A DNA stretch of 62,847 nt, the filler included. It is 4 parts of 4 records of this genome, joined end to end, with 100 filler letters (N's around TTAATTAATTAA, not from the genome) between each part and the next. Parts side by side here need not be neighbours in the genome. Positions count along the whole stretch, not along the records: positions 16,232 to 34,852 come from SRR31156797_16325; positions 34,953 to 57,675 come from SRR31156797_16329; 2 more parts are not named here. One strand, given 5' to 3'. A program made the position numbers and the translations under genes. How positions within the stretch are numbered: position 1 is the stretch's first letter; each line of letters starts with the position of its first letter. The notes beneath the pieces were generated by a model. That model made no database searches. It saw nothing but the letters and a program-made list of their open reading frames with translations, and was not told the DNA's origin. Positions 24,942-35,128 of this stretch are shown here, piece by piece.

Positions 24942-27900
24942 ATGCGACTTAAAAACAAACTAAGCCTGGCCATTTTGTTATGCAGCATTATTTTTACTGC
25001 CTGTAAAGACAAAAACAAACCCACACAAAAACTTGCTGAAGTCAAGTACAATCCCAAAGTAGCCGCCTTTACTTCCGGTATGGTATCAAACCAAAGTGAG
25101 ATTGTGGTTCGTTTTTCTGAAATTATAGCTGAAACAGAACCCGGCTCACCTGCCTCTTCCAGCATTATGAAAATTTCACCTTCGTTAAAAGGAGAATATT
25201 ACTGGATGGATAATCAATCGCTGGCTTTTAAAGCGGAAGGATTGATGGAATCGGGTAAAATGTACAATGTAAAAATTGCTTTGAACCAGGTTTTTAAAGA
25301 TACCAAGGATGATTTTGAGTTTTCATTTCAGACCATTTCACAGAATTTTAGACTAGAAACAGGTGAAGTTTCGCCATATGAAAACACCGACCTGTCGGAT
25401 AATCAACTAAACGGGAAACTGATATTATCTGACTACGCGAATATGGAAAATATTCAACAGATCATGACTGCCGAACAAAAAGGCAATCAGCTGGAAATAG
25501 ACTGGCTACCATCGACCAAAGCCAATCAATATCCATTTATTATTCATCATATTAAAAGAGGTGAATCTTCCACTAGTGTGAGAATTAATTTAATTGGTAA
25601 ATCGATAGGTATTGATAAAGAAGACAGTGAAAAGATAAGCATTCCTTCTATTAACGATTTTGAATTATTGAGTTGCAGAACGGTCTTTCAGCCTCGTCAG
25701 GCTATAGAAATTTCCTTCTCTGATCCATTGAACCCGGAACAGGAATTAGATGGTCTCATTACGGTAAATAACAGTCAGCGCTTTTCAACCAGCATTGAGG
25801 ATAATGTCATTAAAATTCTTCCATATCACTCATTAAGTGGAGATGTGAATGTGACTGTTCATCCGGGAATTGAAAATATATTAGGTACGAAAAACACCGA
25901 TAAGCAAAACTACCAACTCACTTTTACCAGTACCAAACCGCAGGTGGAGTTTTTAGGTAAGGGAACTATCTTACCAGAATCTTCCGGTTTAATCTTACCT
26001 TTTAAGGCCGTAAGTTTAAAAGAAGTACAGGTTCATGTCATTAAGATATTTGAAAACAACATTGCCTCATTTTTACAAATCAACCGTTTAGATGGTGATT
26101 ACCAATTAAGAAGAGCAGGAAGATTAATTCTTAAGAAAACCATTCCGCTTAATACTGATCGTACGCTGGATCTGAATAAATGGAACACTTTTTCAATCAA
26201 TCTGGATGATTTGGTTAAAGTAGACCGGGGAGCAATTTATAGGGTGGAATTACGTTTTGCACGCAGAAATGCCATTTATCCATGTACGAATGAAGAGGGT
26301 AACGTTGATGCTTTACCAGAGACTGATCCGGATGAAATTAACGAGAAAGAATTGGCATATTATGATACGCCGGGTAGTGGGTCAAGCTATTATGATAATT
26401 ATTACTATTACGGAAGCTGGCATGATAGAGACGATCCTTGTAAACAAGCGTACTACCGAAAAAACAAGTTTGCCAGTCGTAATATTTTGGCTTCGAACAT
26501 AGGTATTATAGCCAAAAAAGGAACTGATAAAGAAATGGTGGTGGCTATTACTGATTTACGTTCAACAGCACCATTGGGCAATGTAGATGTAGAGATATAC
26601 AACTACCAGAATCAGCTGATTACTTCTTCTAAAAGCAATAGTGATGGTTTAGTAAAACTGGATGTGAGCAAACGACCTTTTTTATTAGTGGCTAAACACG
26701 AAAACCAACGTGGTTATTTACGATTAGATAAAGGTTCTTCCTTATCATTAAGTCGATTCGATGTAGCCGGACAATCTATTAACAAAGGTTTAAAAGGATA
26801 TATCTATGGCGAACGCGGGGTTTGGCGTCCCGGAGATACGCTATTCGTTTCTTTTATCCTGGAAGACAGAGAAAAGACATTACCAGAAAAGCATCCGGTA
26901 GTTTTTGAGCTAACGAACCCATACGGTCAGTTGGTAAAAAGAATGGCTACTTCTGAAGGTGTCAACAATATGTATTTGTTTAAAGTGGCAACTGATGAAG
27001 ATGCACCGACAGGAAACTGGATGGCTCGTTTTTTAGTAGGAGGAACGGTATTCAATAAAACACTAAAAATTGAAACGGTTAAGCCCAACCGACTTAAAAT
27101 AAATATGGATTTTGGAGTGGATATGATCTCGGTAGTCAAACCATATATCAGTGCCAACATGTCGGTAAAATGGCTGCATGGTGCCGTGGCAAAAAATCTT
27201 AAAGCCAATGTTACGGCAACACTGACTTCCATTCCCACACACTTTAAGCGATTTAGTGAATTTACTTTTGACGACCCGGCTCGTTCGTTTACCAGTGAAG
27301 AGGTCACTTTCTTTAACGGAAAAGTAGATAGTGAAGGCAAAGCCAATATTCAGGGAAGTCTGGATGTAAGCGATCAGGCTCCGGGTATGTTGAAAGCCTC
27401 CTTTAGAACGCGAGTTTTTGAAGAGAGTGGCGATTACAGTGTGGATCGATTCTCCATACCATACAGTCCTTATAAATCTTATGTGGGAATTAAAACTCCT
27501 GCCGGAGATAAACGAGGTATGTTACTGACAGATAAAGATCATACCATAGAAGTGGCCACTGTTGACAGCGAAGGAAACCCTATTTCCAAAAGCAAGCTGA
27601 AATATATGATTTATAAAGTAAGCTGGCGCTGGTGGTGGGAATCAGGAGCCGATAACCTGGCTCGCTATGTATCTTCATCAACTGAACATGTAATTAAAAA
27701 AGGAACCTTGAGCACCAAAGAGGGTATGGGTACCTTCGATTTTGAAATTGAATATCCAGAATGGGGAAGATATCTTATTCGTATATACGATCCAGAAAGT
27801 GGTCATATTTGTGGTAAAACAGTTTATGTGGATTGGCCGGGTTATGCTTCCAAACCGGTTGGTGATAATCCGGAAGCTGCATCTATGCTTACCTTATCAA

Positions 27901-30488
27901 CTGAGGAATTAAAATACAATGTAGGTCAACAGGCCAAGGTAAATTTTGCTTCTTCGGAAGGAGGAAGAGCTTTGGTGACTATTGAAAACGGCACAAAAGT
28001 GTTAAAAGAGTACTGGGTACAAACGCAAAAGGAATTTACTGCGTTTAGCTTTGATGTGACCAAAGACATGACACCAAATATTTACGTACATGTTACTTTA
28101 TTACAACCTCATGCGCAAACAACCAACAATTTGCCCATAAGAATGTATGGTGTTACACCTTTATTAATTGAAGATGCCGAAACTCATTTAAAACCGGTGA
28201 TCGAAATGCCGGATACATTGGTGCCTGAGCAGAAAGTATCCATTAAGGTAAAAGAAGAAAACGGAAAGGCAATGACCTATACCATCGCTATGGTTGAAGA
28301 TGGTTTACTGGATCTAACGCGTTTTAAAACACCACAGCCATGGAATTATTTTTATGCCAGAGAGGCTTTAGGTGTTCGCACATGGGATATTTATAATCAG
28401 GTAATTGGTGCTTATGGTGGCCAAATTGAAAAGGTGTTTAGTATTGGTGGTGATGGCGATTTAAACGAGAAGAAAAAAGATGCCAATGCCAATCGTTTTA
28501 AACCTGTGGTAAAAGTATTTGGGCCGTTCGAACTGAAAAAGGGCAAAACCCAAACACATGAATTCAAAATGCCTCAGTATATCGGTTCTGTCAGGACTAT
28601 GGTCGTGGCGCGCAATGAGCGTATGTATGGCAATGCAGAAAAAACAACGCCGGTTAAAAAGCCTTTAATGGTGCTGGCTACCTTACCTCGCGTATTGGGT
28701 CCCGGAGAAACAGTAAAACTGCCGGTTACAGTTTTTGCCATGAGTCCGGATATTAAAAAGGTGGATATTTCAATTGAGACCAACGATATACTCAACCTGA
28801 AAGAAAGCAAAACGCAAACTATTACTTTTAATAAAGAAGGGGATCAGGTGGTTCCTTTTACTTTGGAGATTCCTCCGAAACTAGGAGTAGGTAAGGTAAA
28901 AATTATTGCTAAATCCGGATCGAAAGTAGCAGAGGATGAAATTGAAATACAAGTACGTAATCCCAATCCGCCAAGAGTGTCTTCTATTAGTAAAATGTTG
29001 AATGCTAAAGAGAGCAGCTCTATTGCCTACGAATTATTTGGTATGGAAGGAACCAATCATGCTACATTGGAGGTTTCATCGATACCTCCGGTTGATTTTG
29101 GCAGAAGACTTAAATACTTGCTTCGATATCCACACGGGTGCGTGGAACAGACAACCAGCTCGGTATTCCCACAGTTGTTTTTGGAAAATGTAATGGAACT
29201 GGACAGTAAGACCAAAGAAAAAATTGCAACCAACATTAAAGCAGGTATCAGTCGCTTATCCACATTTATAACTGCTGATGGCGGATTAAGTTACTGGCCG
29301 GGTCAAGCCGAATCCAGCGATTGGGGAAGTACTTATGCCGGTCACTTTCTGCTCGAAGCCGAAAAGAAAGGTTATAGTCTGCCCATCAATTTTAAAAATA
29401 AGTGGATTCAGTATCAAAAGAGAGTTTCTGGTAGTTATGTCCCAAGCGGAACGGGTGTTTATCGTCAGTTTAATCAGGCCTATCGTTTGTATACACTGGC
29501 TTTAGCTGGAAGTCCCGACAAAAGTGCGATGAACCGTCTGCGTAATATCAATAACTTATCATTGAATGCTCGTTGGCGATTGGCTGCTGCCTATGCCTTA
29601 ATCGGACAAAAAGAGGTAGCTGAAAAGCTGGTTGAAGATGCCAGTATAGAAGTAGATGATCAGGATTATTATTATACCTATGGATCTGTAACCCGAAATC
29701 AGGCCATGATTTTAGAAACCTTATCCTTACTGGGAGATATGGATAAAGCCGCACCTTTGATGCAGGAAGTGGCACAAAAGTTAAGCAGCCAAAGCTGGTA
29801 TAGCACACAGACTACTGCCTATGGATTAATAGCCATGAGTAAGCTATCGGCCAATGCGGGTAGCAACGGACTGTCTTTAAGTTATCAAGGTAGTGGAATG
29901 GACAAAGAAAATCTTTTATCGGATAAACCGGTACATCAAATACAATTACCATCATCTATACATGATAAAGGTGAGATTAGTATTGAGAACAAAGCCGATG
30001 GTGTGCTGTTTACCCGTTTAATTTTGGAAGGAACACCATTTAAAGGCGATACCGTGAGTGAGAGTTCTAATCTGAAACTAAAGGTAAAATACACCGATTT
30101 AAAAGGAAATGCCATTGATGTAAACCGTTTAACGCAAGGCACCGACTTTATGGCCGTGATTACAATTACGCATCCGGGACAGTTATCTTACTATAAGAAT
30201 ATGGCCTTAACCCAGATATTCCCTTCTGGTTGGGAAATCCGCAATACGCGAATGGAAGATGTTACATCGTCCTACGAAATTGACGTTCCTGATTACAGAG
30301 ATATTCGTGATGACAGGGTGTACTCCTATTTTAATTTGGATCGTAATAAAAGCAATACTTTTATTGTGATATTAAATGCCACTTACCAGGGTAGGTTCTA
30401 TTTACCATCTGTTTCGTGCGAAGCTATGTACAACAACCAAATAACCGGACGAAAAGCGGGTTCCTGGGTTGAAGTCGTTGGAGAATAA
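24942..30488 (+). CDS. Bacterial alpha-2-macroglobulin lipoprotein with thioester motif
   Basis: Lipobox FTAC; ERGVWRPGD, YPHGCVEQ (CxEQ thioester), WYSTQ, DIRDDR and EAMY motifs; about 1850 aa. Confidence 0.95.
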   Translation: MRLKNKLSLAILLCSIIFTACKDKNKPTQKLAEVKYNPKVAAFTSGMVSNQSEIVVRFSEIIAETEPGSPASSSIMKISPSLKGEYYWMDNQSLAFKAEGLMESGKMYNVKIALNQVFKDTKDDFEFSFQTISQNFRLETGEVSPYENTDLSDNQLNGKLILSDYANMENIQQIMTAEQKGNQLEIDWLPSTKANQYPFIIHHIKRGESSTSVRINLIGKSIGIDKEDSEKISIPSINDFELLSCRTVFQPRQAIEISFSDPLNPEQELDGLITVNNSQRFSTSIEDNVIKILPYHSLSGDVNVTVHPGIENILGTKNTDKQNYQLTFTSTKPQVEFLGKGTILPESSGLILPFKAVSLKEVQVHVIKIFENNIASFLQINRLDGDYQLRRAGRLILKKTIPLNTDRTLDLNKWNTFSINLDDLVKVDRGAIYRVELRFARRNAIYPCTNEEGNVDALPETDPDEINEKELAYYDTPGSGSSYYDNYYYYGSWHDRDDPCKQAYYRKNKFASRNILASNIGIIAKKGTDKEMVVAITDLRSTAPLGNVDVEIYNYQNQLITSSKSNSDGLVKLDVSKRPFLLVAKHENQRGYLRLDKGSSLSLSRFDVAGQSINKGLKGYIYGERGVWRPGDTLFVSFILEDREKTLPEKHPVVFELTNPYGQLVKRMATSEGVNNMYLFKVATDEDAPTGNWMARFLVGGTVFNKTLKIETVKPNRLKINMDFGVDMISVVKPYISANMSVKWLHGAVAKNLKANVTATLTSIPTHFKRFSEFTFDDPARSFTSEEVTFFNGKVDSEGKANIQGSLDVSDQAPGMLKASFRTRVFEESGDYSVDRFSIPYSPYKSYVGIKTPAGDKRGMLLTDKDHTIEVATVDSEGNPISKSKLKYMIYKVSWRWWWESGADNLARYVSSSTEHVIKKGTLSTKEGMGTFDFEIEYPEWGRYLIRIYDPESGHICGKTVYVDWPGYASKPVGDNPEAASMLTLSTEELKYNVGQQAKVNFASSEGGRALVTIENGTKVLKEYWVQTQKEFTAFSFDVTKDMTPNIYVHVTLLQPHAQTTNNLPIRMYGVTPLLIEDAETHLKPVIEMPDTLVPEQKVSIKVKEENGKAMTYTIAMVEDGLLDLTRFKTPQPWNYFYAREALGVRTWDIYNQVIGAYGGQIEKVFSIGGDGDLNEKKKDANANRFKPVVKVFGPFELKKGKTQTHEFKMPQYIGSVRTMVVARNERMYGNAEKTTPVKKPLMVLATLPRVLGPGETVKLPVTVFAMSPDIKKVDISIETNDILNLKESKTQTITFNKEGDQVVPFTLEIPPKLGVGKVKIIAKSGSKVAEDEIEIQVRNPNPPRVSSISKMLNAKESSSIAYELFGMEGTNHATLEVSSIPPVDFGRRLKYLLRYPHGCVEQTTSSVFPQLFLENVMELDSKTKEKIATNIKAGISRLSTFITADGGLSYWPGQAESSDWGSTYAGHFLLEAEKKGYSLPINFKNKWIQYQKRVSGSYVPSGTGVYRQFNQAYRLYTLALAGSPDKSAMNRLRNINNLSLNARWRLAAAYALIGQKEVAEKLVEDASIEVDDQDYYYTYGSVTRNQAMILETLSLLGDMDKAAPLMQEVAQKLSSQSWYSTQTTAYGLIAMSKLSANAGSNGLSLSYQGSGMDKENLLSDKPVHQIQLPSSIHDKGEISIENKADGVLFTRLILEGTPFKGDTVSESSNLKLKVKYTDLKGNAIDVNRLTQGTDFMAVITITHPGQLSYYKNMALTQIFPSGWEIRNTRMEDVTSSYEIDVPDYRDIRDDRVYSYFNLDRNKSNTFIVILNATYQGRFYLPSVSCEAMYNNQITGRKAGSWVEVVGE

Positions 30489-30500
30489 TTTAAAAAACAT

Positions 30501-30541
30501 AAGGGTTTGTTCGGATAAAATTCAATCAGGACAAACCCTTT
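30501..30541. terminator. Hairpin terminator after alpha-2-macroglobulin
   Basis: AAGGGTTTGT...ACAAACCCTT inverted repeat. Confidence 0.65.
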
Positions 30542-30646
30542 ATAAATAATACTAGATTTTAGTAAAGAGATCGGTTATAAGTATTTTACAGAAAAAGTTG
30601 CATAAAATATAGTACTGAAACCGGAGTTTCAAATAAAAGATTAAAA

Positions 30647-31189
30647 ATGATTGATCCATTTTATGTATTAGCATTAATTTTAGTAGTAGGGTTATTTTAT
30701 GTTGTCCCAATTCTTTTAATAATCTTTCTTAATAAGTTGATAAGGAATAAATGGAATAATAGAGTTGCTAATTTGATTACTGCTTTATTAGTAATTGGAT
30801 TTGCCATCTTAATTTATCGTGATTTCAACCCTCCTAACAGTCAATATATTTCAAACTTTGAACATTATGCAGAACTTGATTTCCCAGAATCAGGTGAAAT
30901 TATTCATAAAACTTCATCGTCTTCAATATTCGATTTTGGAGGAACCACTTATTGCTCGCTTGTAAATTTAAATGAAAGTGATTATTCGAAATTTATAGAT
31001 AGAATAACAAAATCAGATTTTATTGAGAAAGATACTTATTATGGATCGAAAGAAATAGATAAACTTTTTTCTATGGCTTCTGATTTTCAAATTGAGAAAG
31101 TATTGACCATAGAGAAACCAGGTATGGAATACTCCATTATACAGTTGCATAATAGTAATTCGATTATTTTTTACTACTCAAGGTGGTAA
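30647..31189 (+). CDS. Hypothetical membrane-anchored protein (2 N-terminal TM)
   Basis: 180-aa ORF with two hydrophobic helices and a soluble C-domain; no motif recognised. Confidence 0.7.
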   Translation: MIDPFYVLALILVVGLFYVVPILLIIFLNKLIRNKWNNRVANLITALLVIGFAILIYRDFNPPNSQYISNFEHYAELDFPESGEIIHKTSSSSIFDFGGTTYCSLVNLNESDYSKFIDRITKSDFIEKDTYYGSKEIDKLFSMASDFQIEKVLTIEKPGMEYSIIQLHNSNSIIFYYSRW

Positions 31190-31470
31190 TATATAGAATT
31201 GAGACAATATTGGATATACGGTCATTGCTCATCTATTAGTATGAATTATAACATTATGTCTATTAAAAGTTTCTATCTATAGTTTCTGCTCAAGAAACAC
31301 AAAAACGTATTAATTCTGATGCATGGGATGAGTTTACTGAACAACATCTGTATACAAGCATTCATATCATTTTTCTAATCTTATATCAAAATATGTATTA
31401 AAAAATTATGGAATTGAATAAAAAACGAAGAGTTATTTACTTTTTTTGTCGTTCATTCAATTAAATTATA

Positions 31471-32883
31471 ATGCTATTTAATTCCATAGAGTTTGCCATA
31501 TTTTTGCCTGTCGTTTTTGTTTTATACTGGTTTGTTACCCATATAAATCTTAAACTTCAAAACTTCCTGTTACTTGCTGCCAGTTACCTATTCTATGGTA
31601 TGTGGGATTGGAGGTTTCTTTCCTTAATCGTTTTCAGCTCATTTGTCGATTATTTTGTAGGTATTGGTTTACATCAAACGAATGATAAAAAGCGACGTAA
31701 AATACTACTGTTGATAAGCATACTCATTAACCTGGGTTTTTTAGGCTTCTTTAAATATTTTAACTTCTTTGCGGAGAGTTTTGCCAATGCATTTACCTTG
31801 TTGGGGCATCCAATTAAAGCCACCACACTCAATATTATTTTACCTGTAGGGATTAGTTTTTATACTTTTCAAACATTAAGCTATTCTATTGATATTTATA
31901 AACGTAAGCTGGAGCCAACTAAAGATATCATTGCCTTTTTTGCCTTTGTCAGTTTTTTTCCACAGTTAGTGGCCGGCCCCATTGAAAGGGCTTCCAACCT
32001 ATTACCACAATTCTACAAACAAAGAACCTTTACATACGAAAGTGCCTCGCAAGGATTTAAGTATATGCTTAAAGGTTTTTTTATGAAAATTGTGGTGGCC
32101 GATCGTTTGGCCATATATGTAGATTCCGTTTTTTCCAATTACACAGCTTATTCCGGAATAACCTATATACTTGCCATGCTGTTCTTTGCATTTCAGATAT
32201 ACGGTGATTTTGCAGGTTATTCGTATATCGCCATTGGTGTGGCAAAGTTTTTTGGCTTTGACCTGATGATTAATTTTAACCGACCTTATCTGGCCAAATC
32301 AATTAAAGATTTTTGGTCGAGATGGCATATATCCCTTTCCACCTGGTTTAGAGATTACGTATATATTCCTTTGGGCGGAAATAGAGTCAGTTCGTTTAGA
32401 ATCAGTTTTAATTTACTGGCAACCTTTATAATTAGTGGTTTTTGGCATGGTGCTAACTGGACATTTATAGTATGGGGAACCATTCATGGCGCCATACAGG
32501 TATTGGAAAAAAACGTACTGAGTACTTTATTCAAATTTAAAATCTTCCGTTTTGTTTATCAGGCAATTGTATTTATAATAGTCGTGGTGGCTTTTTCAAT
32601 TTTCCGATCACAAGATATGTCGCAGGCTGCTCATATTATAACCGGTGCTTTCGACTTTTCAAAGCCTTATTATATAGGAAATCCATCGATATTTTTCTAT
32701 GGAGTTCTTGCCATCGTATCCTTGTTAACACTTGATATAATCGAAGAATATATTAAAACAAAAGAAATCGATTTCTTAAGCAAAAGGCCGGCTTTAAGAT
32801 ATATTTTTTATGCTGTAGTTATTCTTTTTATTATCAATACAGGTGTTTTTAATAATAGTCAATTTATTTATTTCCAATTTTAG
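31471..32883 (+). CDS. MBOAT O-acyltransferase (AlgI/PatA/DltB family)
   Basis: MLFNS, LPVGISFYTFQ, FFPQLVAGPI, DFAGYS, FWSRWHISLSTWFRDY, SGFWHGA and C-terminal FIYFQF motifs. Confidence 0.95.
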   Translation: MLFNSIEFAIFLPVVFVLYWFVTHINLKLQNFLLLAASYLFYGMWDWRFLSLIVFSSFVDYFVGIGLHQTNDKKRRKILLLISILINLGFLGFFKYFNFFAESFANAFTLLGHPIKATTLNIILPVGISFYTFQTLSYSIDIYKRKLEPTKDIIAFFAFVSFFPQLVAGPIERASNLLPQFYKQRTFTYESASQGFKYMLKGFFMKIVVADRLAIYVDSVFSNYTAYSGITYILAMLFFAFQIYGDFAGYSYIAIGVAKFFGFDLMINFNRPYLAKSIKDFWSRWHISLSTWFRDYVYIPLGGNRVSSFRISFNLLATFIISGFWHGANWTFIVWGTIHGAIQVLEKNVLSTLFKFKIFRFVYQAIVFIIVVVAFSIFRSQDMSQAAHIITGAFDFSKPYYIGNPSIFFYGVLAIVSLLTLDIIEEYIKTKEIDFLSKRPALRYIFYAVVILFIINTGVFNNSQFIYFQF

Positions 32884-32886
32884 TCT

Positions 32887-33801
32887 ATGTTACCAGAGTT
32901 TCTTAAAGTTGTAAAGAAGGCAGTAATCATTCTAGTTCTTTTTATTGGAATTGACCTACTATTTGGAGTATTGTATAAACCTTTCTATACAAACCAGGGC
33001 CCCAGTCGATTTAATAAAATGATTTATGGCAATAGTGGAGGAAATAAAGAAGACATCATAATTCTGGGTGATTCAAGAGCTGAACATCACTACAATTCTG
33101 CAATGATTGCTGAGAGATTCGGAAAATCGGTTTTTAATTATGGAAGCGATGGTCAATCAGTATTCTATAATTATGCTGTTCTAAGAAAATTACTGGATAC
33201 CTATGTTCCTGAAAAAGTAATTTACGAAATTTCACTCGACGAGATAGTTTATAAAGAAGATGCCTATGATCGGTTATCCTATTTTTTACCCTTGCATAAC
33301 AAGTATGCCGATCAAATACAAGCTGAACATTTGAGCCCTTTTAAGGTATTTATCTCAAAATTGTTTTACTCCTATAAATACAACAGTACGCTTTTTGTCA
33401 TTCTTAAATCATATGTATCACCCAAAAAGTATGATGCAGGCTATCAGCCTTTAAATGAAACAATAGAGGAGAGTTTATTTGATGAAGATCCTACCGAAAT
33501 CTTGTATAGGAATAACAATTACCCGGTCGATAGTTTAAAAGTTCATTATTTTGAGGAAATTCTTAAGCTGTCGAAAGAATATAATTTTGATATTGAATTC
33601 TTTGTTTCTCCTATGCTGTTTCACTTTGAAAATGATGTTTTGTTTTCCACGATAAATAGTAGTTTATCTAAGTTTAACCATTCCGCTAATGTCTTTATAA
33701 ACGATAGTGCTTATAAGGCTTCATCTTTTGCCGATCCCACGCACTTAAATTATAAAGCCGCAAATCATTATACTGATCAGGTACTTCATATATTGAAGTA
33801 A
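32887..33801 (+). CDS. SGNH-fold (DltD/AlgJ-like) extracytoplasmic acyltransferase
   Basis: N-terminal anchor; LGDSRA nucleophile block, N.G..G block and C-terminal FADPTHLN (DxxH); starts 3 bp after the MBOAT gene. Confidence 0.75.
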   Translation: MLPEFLKVVKKAVIILVLFIGIDLLFGVLYKPFYTNQGPSRFNKMIYGNSGGNKEDIIILGDSRAEHHYNSAMIAERFGKSVFNYGSDGQSVFYNYAVLRKLLDTYVPEKVIYEISLDEIVYKEDAYDRLSYFLPLHNKYADQIQAEHLSPFKVFISKLFYSYKYNSTLFVILKSYVSPKKYDAGYQPLNETIEESLFDEDPTEILYRNNNYPVDSLKVHYFEEILKLSKEYNFDIEFFVSPMLFHFENDVLFSTINSSLSKFNHSANVFINDSAYKASSFADPTHLNYKAANHYTDQVLHILK

Positions 33802-33815
33802 ACGTCTTTTGCAAT

Positions 33816-33823
33816 TATGTTTG
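33816..33823 (+). promoter_or_regulatory. Bacteroidota -7 promoter element (TAnnTTTG)
   Basis: TATGTTTG upstream of the lipoprotein pair. Confidence 0.45.
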
Positions 33824-33879
33824 TAAACATTCAAAAAAATCTTTTTATTGCTAAATATTAACAAAAATTGATTTACAAA

Positions 33880-34221
33880 ATGAAAATTCAATTAATCCTA
33901 ATCATTGGAGTACTTTTAACAAGTTGTTCCTCCGTTGCTCATCTACAAACAGATGATGTAAAACAAAATTATTCGGCTACAGAACCCGAGCAAATCAAGG
34001 TTTACTCAACAGATAAAGTGGATCAAGAATACACTGTAATTGGTGAGGTTATAGTAAGTGCTGATGCAGGAGCTGACGCAGCTGTTTCAGTTAAACACTT
34101 AAAAAATGAGGCAGCAAAACTTGGTGCAGATGCGATTATCAACTTGAAATTAGAGATTGGTTATGGCTACTGGACAAATGCAATTAAAGCAAGTGGAACA
34201 GCAGTAAAATTCAACAATTAA
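33880..34221 (+). CDS. YbjQ-like (putative heavy-metal-binding fold) lipoprotein
   Basis: Lipobox LTSC; Y.VIGEV, LKNEAAKLGADAIINL and SGTAVK motifs. Confidence 0.78.
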   Translation: MKIQLILIIGVLLTSCSSVAHLQTDDVKQNYSATEPEQIKVYSTDKVDQEYTVIGEVIVSADAGADAAVSVKHLKNEAAKLGADAIINLKLEIGYGYWTNAIKASGTAVKFNN

Positions 34222-34234
34222 TAAAACCGAATCA

Positions 34235-34567
34235 ATGATGAAAAAGATATCAATTATACTATTCGTAATCTCAATTATATTTTCAAGTTGTTCTTATTAT
34301 GCCTATCAATTTCAGACAGGAAGTTCAGCCCAACCAGAAACTTCTCCTGAGTCAATAAAGATATATTCTGGAGATATTGAACAAGAGTATATAATTATAG
34401 GCTCTGTAACTGCCGATGTGATGGGAGATGCTGATGCAGTTGTTACCTATTTGAAAAAGAAAGCATCCAAACTTGGCGCAGATGCCATTATAAAAGTTGA
34501 TTTAGCAAAACTTAATTCATTTTCCCAAAGAACGGGAGTATCTGGCGTAGCGGTTAGATTAAAGTAA
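34235..34567 (+). CDS. YbjQ-like lipoprotein, paralog of the upstream gene
   Basis: Lipobox FSSC; Y.IIGSV, LKKKASKLGADAII and SGVAVR motifs. Confidence 0.78.
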   Translation: MMKKISIILFVISIIFSSCSYYAYQFQTGSSAQPETSPESIKIYSGDIEQEYIIIGSVTADVMGDADAVVTYLKKKASKLGADAIIKVDLAKLNSFSQRTGVSGVAVRLK

Positions 34568-34580
34568 TTATGTAATCATA

Positions 34581-34633
34581 AACAAAGGTGAGATGTAGAT
34601 ACTAAAATAACAGCATCTCACCTTTGTTATTTT
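34581..34633 (+). terminator. Hairpin terminator after the lipoprotein pair
   Basis: 15-bp perfect stem AACAAAGGTGAGATG/CATCTCACCTTTGTT followed by ATTTT. Confidence 0.75.
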
Positions 34634-34852
34634 AACCACAAGCCGCTTAAAATTAATATCCTAACCAAAACAAAATATCCTATGAACTACACTATGAATA
34701 ATAAAAGAAAGCAAACCTTAATCATTGTTGCCAGTTTTCAAATTATTAGTATTCTTGCCAGTAGCCTGCTATATCAATTTATGGATTATAGTGCAGTCAG
34801 TAAAATAGTTCAATTTATATTTAAAATCATTGTTGTCCGGTAAATCGGAATA

Positions 34853-34952
34853 NNNNNNNNNNNNNNNNNNNNNNNNNNNNNNNNNNNNNNNNNNNNTTAA
34901 TTAATTAANNNNNNNNNNNNNNNNNNNNNNNNNNNNNNNNNNNNNNNNNNNN
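34853..34952. other. Artificial contig spacer
   Basis: N-run with a central TTAATTAATTAA. Confidence 0.98.
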
Positions 34953-35128
34953 ACATCTAAGGTTTACAGATTCGAACAGAGTAGGGTTCGCTTGATGTTC
35001 AAAATCTGGCTCTTCAACGACCACTATTGAAGTCTTAGTCGAAAGACTGGGCTTTTTTACATCTAGTATTTATAGATTCGAGCAGTGTGGAGCGGGCTGA
35101 GATTCTGATTTAGCTCCTCACCCAACCA
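34953..35128 (+). repeat. Two degenerate direct repeats (106-bp period) ending in ACCA, separated by a terminator
   Basis: ACATCTA..TTTA.AGATTCGA.CAG.GT.G at 34953 and 35059; hairpin AGTCTTAGTC-GAAA-GACTGGGCT-TTTTT at 35031-35058. Confidence 0.55.
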
